Assembly (NCBI GenBank): GCA_964362625.1
Contig: CAYIFA010000002.1
Span: forward strand, 1 to 49,231
Length of the DNA stretch: 49,231 bases
Source: an uncultured Candidatus Saccharibacteria bacterium
Lineage (GTDB): Bacteria; Patescibacteriota; Minisyncoccia; 1-14-0-10-42-19
Direction of reading: 5' to 3'
The number at the start of each line of letters is the position of its first letter. The stretch's first letter is position 1. Positions 44,998 to 49,231 of this stretch are shown piece by piece. The notes beneath the pieces are model-generated. The model was not told where the DNA came from. It saw only the letters and a list, made by a program, of their open reading frames with translations, and did not search any database. A program made the translations under genes and the position numbers.

Positions 44998-46374
44998 ATG
45001 AAAACGATTTTTATCGCCAGTTTTCATCCTTATATCGCAAGAAATATCCTTGCCACCCGGGCTTTCGGGCTACTTGCAGAGCAAAGCGATTTGCGGTTTG
45101 TGATTTTTTGTCTTGGTTATAAAAAAGAATATTTCGAAAAGCGTTTTGGCCGCGAGAACGTCATAATCGAAGGCGTAAATTTTGATTTTCCTTCCAAGCG
45201 CCTATCATCGTTTGCTATGAAGCGGATCGCCAAATACGGTCTTTATTCCACTTCCACTCTGCTTGAACGGGAAAGAAAAAAAGCAATGGACGGCCGACTT
45301 TTGTATTATTTGGCAACGGCCTTGCTCGCGATTGCATTGTCTCGCCTTGGCTTTGTGAGTCGGTTAAAGAGAAGAATTATGCGGATAGCTGACTACCAAT
45401 TGTCAGACAAGGATCGTTACCGCATCTATTTTGAAAAATATCGTCCCGATCTGGTATGGGTTACTGATATTCAAAGTGAACGCGATGTAGAGCTTTTGCA
45501 TAATGCTAAGTTTTTCGGGGTAAAAACTATTGCCAATGTCCGTGCTTGGGATAATCTGACTTTGCACGGTTTGATCCGGGTTCTTCCAGATTTGCTTTTT
45601 GCGCAAGCGGAAAAAATCAAAGAGCAGGCGATAAAATATGATGATATGCCTTCGGAAAAGATAAGAGTGGTTGGCGTTGCTCACTATGACCGGTATATGG
45701 CCGAGCCGCATCAATCAAAAAATGGTTTTCTAACTTCGCTCGGCTTTTCCGGTATTCAATTATCTGACGAGAAGCCTCTTATTTTGTGGACTCCGATTGG
45801 AGATAATTATCTGGATTCAAATGATACCGATCTTTACACGTGTAAAGTTCTCGGGAGTATCCGCGCAAATGTTGTAGCGCGGTTTTCACCCACTATTCCC
45901 GTTAAACAAATGGAGGACGTAAGGCCGTCTGATAATATGGTTTTTGATCGGCCCGGAGTAAATTTCAGACCAGGTATAATAGGCGATCAGGAAATTTCTG
46001 AAGGAGATGATGAACGGTTGATTGAAGAAATTTATTTTAGCAATGTGGTGGTGTGCGGGCCAACTACCGTGGCGCTGGATGCGGTTTTTATGGATAAACC
46101 GGTAATTTTAATCGGCTTTCATCCGCGGCAGTTAAGCTATCTGGGGGGGATTTTGCGCCGATATGATTATGACCATTTTAAATTCGCTATTGAATGCGGG
46201 GCGTTTACGGTTGCCAAATCCAGAGAAGAACTTTTAAAATACATTGACGAGTATGCCAGAAATCCTCAAGCTAAATCCCGCGAGCGGGAAATATTGCGTA
46301 ATGCTTACTGCGGCCCGGCTGACGGCAAATCCGGAGAAAGAATTGCTAAAGTTGTTTTAAGTATGCTGAAGTAG
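44998..46374 (+). CDS. Uncharacterised GT-B-like protein, paralog 4 of 4
   Basis: PDLVWVTDIQSERDVELLHNAKFFGVKTIANVRAWDNLTLHGLIRV and SNVVVCGPTTVALDAVFMDKPVILIGFHP. It starts 1 nt after the flippase stop. Confidence 0.6.
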   Translation: MKTIFIASFHPYIARNILATRAFGLLAEQSDLRFVIFCLGYKKEYFEKRFGRENVIIEGVNFDFPSKRLSSFAMKRIAKYGLYSTSTLLERERKKAMDGRLLYYLATALLAIALSRLGFVSRLKRRIMRIADYQLSDKDRYRIYFEKYRPDLVWVTDIQSERDVELLHNAKFFGVKTIANVRAWDNLTLHGLIRVLPDLLFAQAEKIKEQAIKYDDMPSEKIRVVGVAHYDRYMAEPHQSKNGFLTSLGFSGIQLSDEKPLILWTPIGDNYLDSNDTDLYTCKVLGSIRANVVARFSPTIPVKQMEDVRPSDNMVFDRPGVNFRPGIIGDQEISEGDDERLIEEIYFSNVVVCGPTTVALDAVFMDKPVILIGFHPRQLSYLGGILRRYDYDHFKFAIECGAFTVAKSREELLKYIDEYARNPQAKSREREILRNAYCGPADGKSGERIAKVVLSMLK

Positions 46375-46421
46375 TTTTAAGCTATATTAATTGATGAATT
46401 TTTTGTAATATAACTTCCAGC

Positions 46422-47651
46422 ATGAGCAAATTATCGATGAAGTGCAGGGTCTGTGGCGGCCGGGTAAAAACCTTTTTCGATTTGGGCCGGCAGCCGCTCG
46501 CTAATTCGTTGCTGGAAAATCCGCGGCAATCAGAAAAAAAATATCCCTTAGCGTTAAATCATTGCAGTTATTGCGGTTCGGTACAATTGAATTATACCGT
46601 GAATCCAAAAACGCTTTTTTCAAAATATGTTTGGGTAACCGGTACTTCCTCGACCGCAAGAAGTTTTTCCAATGTCTTTTATAAGGAACTGGCTAGGCGC
46701 ACTCCGGATTCGCGAAAAAATTATGTGTTGGAAGTTGCATCCAACGACGGCACTTTTTTACTGCCGTTTTCAAAGCGCGGCTACAGAGTTATCGGTCTTG
46801 ACCCGGCCGCTAACATCGCTAAAATCGCGGAGAAAAACGGAGTACCAACTAAGGTCGCATTTTGGGGCCCAAAGGCCGCAAAAAAAATTTTGAATGAGAG
46901 GGGGCCTGCTCGTATAATATTTGCGAGAAACGTGCTCGCGCATGTCGCCAACCTTCAGGATTTTGTAAAAGGATTGGCGCTATGTTTGCACGAAGACGGA
47001 GTTTTGGCTATAGAGGTTCATTATGCCGCAAAAATACTTAAGGAATTGCAGTATGACTCCATTTATCATGAACATCTGTGCTATTTTACATTCGGACCGT
47101 TAGAGCGGCTGTTAAAGCAATCCGGCTTGTTTGTTTTTGATTTATTTGAAGGGCCAATCAGCGGCGGATCACTTATTGTTTACGCCTCCAAAAATCATCG
47201 CCCGGCAACCAAGGCAGTTCAAATTTTAAGGCAGCGCGAAATGAAAGCCGGGTTATATAGTTTCAAGACCTGGCAAAATTTTGGCTTACGCGCTTTTTTG
47301 CACCGTAAAGAGTTTTTATTAATGTTAAATAAAATAAAAGAGGGTAAAGTTCCGGTGGTTGGTTGGGGCGCTTCGGCCCGCAGCTCCACTTTGCTTAATT
47401 TCTGCGGAATCGGCCCCGATTCTATTCCGGTGATTGCTGACCAAAATAAGCTTAAGCAAGGTTTGTATACCGCCGGTACGCATATGCCGATAATTTCTCC
47501 AGAAGTGGCGATGAAACTTAACCCGAAATTCATCGTGCTTTTAGGTTGGAATTTTGCCGCGGAGATAATGGAAAGCTTAAAGCGTAGATTTCACTATCGC
47601 GGCAATTGCCTTGTTCCCTTGCCAAATAGACCTAAAGTAATAAAGCTATGA
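46422..47651 (+). CDS. NDP-hexose C-methyltransferase (TylCIII-like; zinc-ribbon, SAM MTase and C-terminal domains)
   Basis: CRVCGGRVKTFFDLGRQPLANSLL plus CSYCGSVQL form the N-terminal Cys4 motif. It also has VLEVASNDGTFL and VGWGASARSSTLLNFCG. Confidence 0.75.
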   Translation: MSKLSMKCRVCGGRVKTFFDLGRQPLANSLLENPRQSEKKYPLALNHCSYCGSVQLNYTVNPKTLFSKYVWVTGTSSTARSFSNVFYKELARRTPDSRKNYVLEVASNDGTFLLPFSKRGYRVIGLDPAANIAKIAEKNGVPTKVAFWGPKAAKKILNERGPARIIFARNVLAHVANLQDFVKGLALCLHEDGVLAIEVHYAAKILKELQYDSIYHEHLCYFTFGPLERLLKQSGLFVFDLFEGPISGGSLIVYASKNHRPATKAVQILRQREMKAGLYSFKTWQNFGLRAFLHRKEFLLMLNKIKEGKVPVVGWGASARSSTLLNFCGIGPDSIPVIADQNKLKQGLYTAGTHMPIISPEVAMKLNPKFIVLLGWNFAAEIMESLKRRFHYRGNCLVPLPNRPKVIKL

Positions 47652-48205
47652 TATTTAAAGAATTAGATTTAAAAGGCGCTTTTGAAATACAGCTCGAATT
47701 CAAAGAAGACGTGCGAGGGTTTTTTATGCGGACGTACGACAATGAATTTTTTAAGAAACATGGCCTGGACCGAACCTGGGTACAGGAGAGTGAATCTTTC
47801 AGCCGCCTAAAGGGAACTATTCGCGGTTTGCATTTGCAATTGCCGCCGCATACCGAAGCAAAAATCGTGCGAGTGCTAACCGGTGAAGTTTTTTTTGCAG
47901 TGGTCGATTTAAGAAAGGACTCGCCGACTTTCGCCAAATGGGCAAGCGTAATCGTGTCTGAAGAAAACAAGAAAATGATTTATGTGCCGGAGGGTTTGGC
48001 CTTAGGGATGATGGCCTTAACCGATAATTGCCGGCTTCATTATAAAATCGACCGCGTTCATTCGCCGGAAAGCGCTTGGACCATCAAATGGGATGATTCG
48101 GATCTCGCGATTTCGTGGCCGCTTGCTAAGCCAGCGGCCATCTCCGAAAAAGACGCTAACGCCAAAAGTTTCAAGGATTTTTTGTATTCGGTATCAACAC
48201 TATAA
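47648..48205 (+). CDS. RmlC-like cupin, NDP-4-keto-6-deoxyhexose 3,5-epimerase family
   Basis: VRGFFMRTY, QESESFSRLKGTIRGLHLQ, AKIVRVLTGEVFFAVVDLRKDSPTF, YVPEGLALGM, HYKIDRVHSPE and IKWDDSDLAISWP. It overlaps the C-methyltransferase gene by 4 nt. Confidence 0.8.
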   Translation: MIFKELDLKGAFEIQLEFKEDVRGFFMRTYDNEFFKKHGLDRTWVQESESFSRLKGTIRGLHLQLPPHTEAKIVRVLTGEVFFAVVDLRKDSPTFAKWASVIVSEENKKMIYVPEGLALGMMALTDNCRLHYKIDRVHSPESAWTIKWDDSDLAISWPLAKPAAISEKDANAKSFKDFLYSVSTL

Positions 48206-49117
48206 GACGAGCCTGGTGAATAATTGAATCCATAACGCTGGCTTCGTCGACCACTCAAGAATTTCCATGATAGACGTCATATACGAATTAGCACGGAAAT
48301 TCGTGAGATGTCGAGTGCGTTCTTCACCAAGATTGAATACACGTTTCTTCCGAGAAAAGTATCTCTCAATCTCGGTTCGTTTCTTGTAAAGATCGGGATT
48401 CGCGGTTCGTTCCGCTCCGCGCAGGCGTCTATTTCTCTCGTTCCCATACGGAATGTTCCGCAAGGGAATCGCAATGTTGACTTTCTACCATTTTAAGAAA
48501 ACATCGTGCACAAAGTATTCGCTGTCATACCCTTTGTCGGCTGAAACTCCGGTGACGTTCCACCAACGAGGCGCTGCGCGTATCAACTGCGATCCCCATA
48601 CAATATCTGCTCGTGCTCCCGATGTTGCGTATTGTAAAAGAGGTAGTCGGGTATAGTAATCAATGATTTGATGAAGCTTGAAGCCGTTTTTCTCCTTGTA
48701 TCCGGAGTATGCCGAACCACGCTCATCATGCTTTGAATATGTTTCAACAAATGAAGAATCAAGAAGCAGAAGAAGCGGATTAGCGTTCTCGGCAATAGCG
48801 CGCGTAAGTGTTTTGAATATCCGGGAAAACCACATTGTGGCTATCGGTCGCTTTCTGAATTTAATGAAGGTTGAATAATCAATACCGCTTGCGCTTTCCA
48901 GATCACGGTAACTACAGCGCATCACTTGTTTGTACATGAGCCACCGAAACATGACTGTTTTGTCATATCCCTTTCTTCCTTTTGATGATGGTTTCAAGAA
49001 ACGAGTAAGCAGAACGTTCACTATTGGATGGTTGATCCATTGAAAACGAGCAAAAACCGGGATATGATGATACATACAAAGAAGATGCTTAATGGTAAAT
49101 GTTGTCGGTAACTCCAT
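48200..49117 (-). pseudogene. IS5/IS4-type DDE transposase interrupted by one in-frame TAG
   Basis: ORFs 48485..49117 and 48200..48463 are in the same frame (both start coordinates are 1 mod 3). The only stop between them is TAG (plus-strand cta, 48485-48487). The joined read is ...SADKGYDSEYFVHDVFLKW*KVNIAIPLRNIPYGNE...YKKRTEIERYFSRKKRVF, a contiguous DDE_Tnp_1 pattern. Confidence 0.75.
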
Positions 49118-49231
49118 TTTACCAAGAAGGCGTCTTTTTTGTTATTTAAAAGCATTGTTCATCAAACTCAAGACTGTGTTTTAGGCAACCACATTTGGCG
49201 GGTTATTTAGCCGGTAATTTTTCAAAAATTC
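48200..49231 (-). mobile_element. IS5-like insertion sequence, ends not defined (may continue beyond the window)
   Basis: The transposase remnant fills the region. I could not find convincing terminal inverted repeats. The element abuts and overlaps the 3-prime end of the rmlC-like gene. Confidence 0.5.

Noticed and set aside
48212-48223. Candidate terminal inverted repeats for the IS: CCTGGTGAATAA at 48212-48223 against TTATTTAGCCGG at 49204-49215.
   Set aside because: Only about 9 of 12 positions match in AT-rich sequence, which is not convincing. The IS ends remain undefined and the right end may lie outside the window.
48485-48487. The in-frame TAG in the transposase as evidence of an alternative genetic code.
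   Set aside because: TAG, TGA and TAA all terminate conserved proteins at the expected lengths elsewhere, for example TAG at 1488-1490 and 25954-25956 and TGA at 32944-32946. A nonsense mutation is the simpler explanation.

Overview
The window is gene-dense (about 45 protein genes and one tRNA) and uses the standard code: TAA, TAG and TGA all end conserved proteins. By inference only, the gene content resembles a small-genome Patescibacteria/CPR-like bacterium. That content includes many GT4/GT2/GT9/GT-C glycosyltransferases, a PaaX/Cas2-like orphan, RNase J, SecG, MurC and a short UvrC.

Layout:
- 1-16.5 kb: glycan and alpha-glucan metabolism. Genes are GT2, GT4, an alpha-glucan phosphorylase homolog, GH57, a PIG-L deacetylase, GT4, an MFS-like transporter, a GT4 fusion, GH130, an amylo-glucosidase-like hydrolase, a GT-C and another GT4. 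A small accessory insert at 7.5-9.1 kb interrupts this block. It holds a PaaX/Cas2-like gene flanked by two copies of a 43-bp palindromic repeat, plus an orphan gene.
- 16.5-27.3 kb: a RelE/ParE toxin-antitoxin pair, a methyltransferase, RNase J, an unusual 967-aa protein, tRNA-Leu(CAG), an anchored family-5 solute-binding protein, SecG, MurC and UvrC.
- 27.8-48.2 kb: a roughly 20-kb surface-glycopolymer locus. It holds methyltransferases, GT9, two secreted proteins, Gmd, a ColD-like His-variant sugar dehydratase, GT4, a large polytopic membrane protein, four paralogs of an unrecognised GT-B-like family, a Wzx-like flippase, a sugar C-methyltransferase and an RmlC-like epimerase. An orphan gene plus a HicB/HicA pair interrupt it.
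- 48.2 kb to the window end: an IS5-like transposase disabled by one in-frame TAG.

The best candidates for novelty are the 967-aa protein with a duplicated GHKL/MORC-like module and a C-terminal HExxH, the four-paralog glycopolymer locus with its unusual GDP-sugar branch, and the repeat-flanked PaaX/Cas2-like cassette. All functional calls come from reading motifs by eye. No database search was run.
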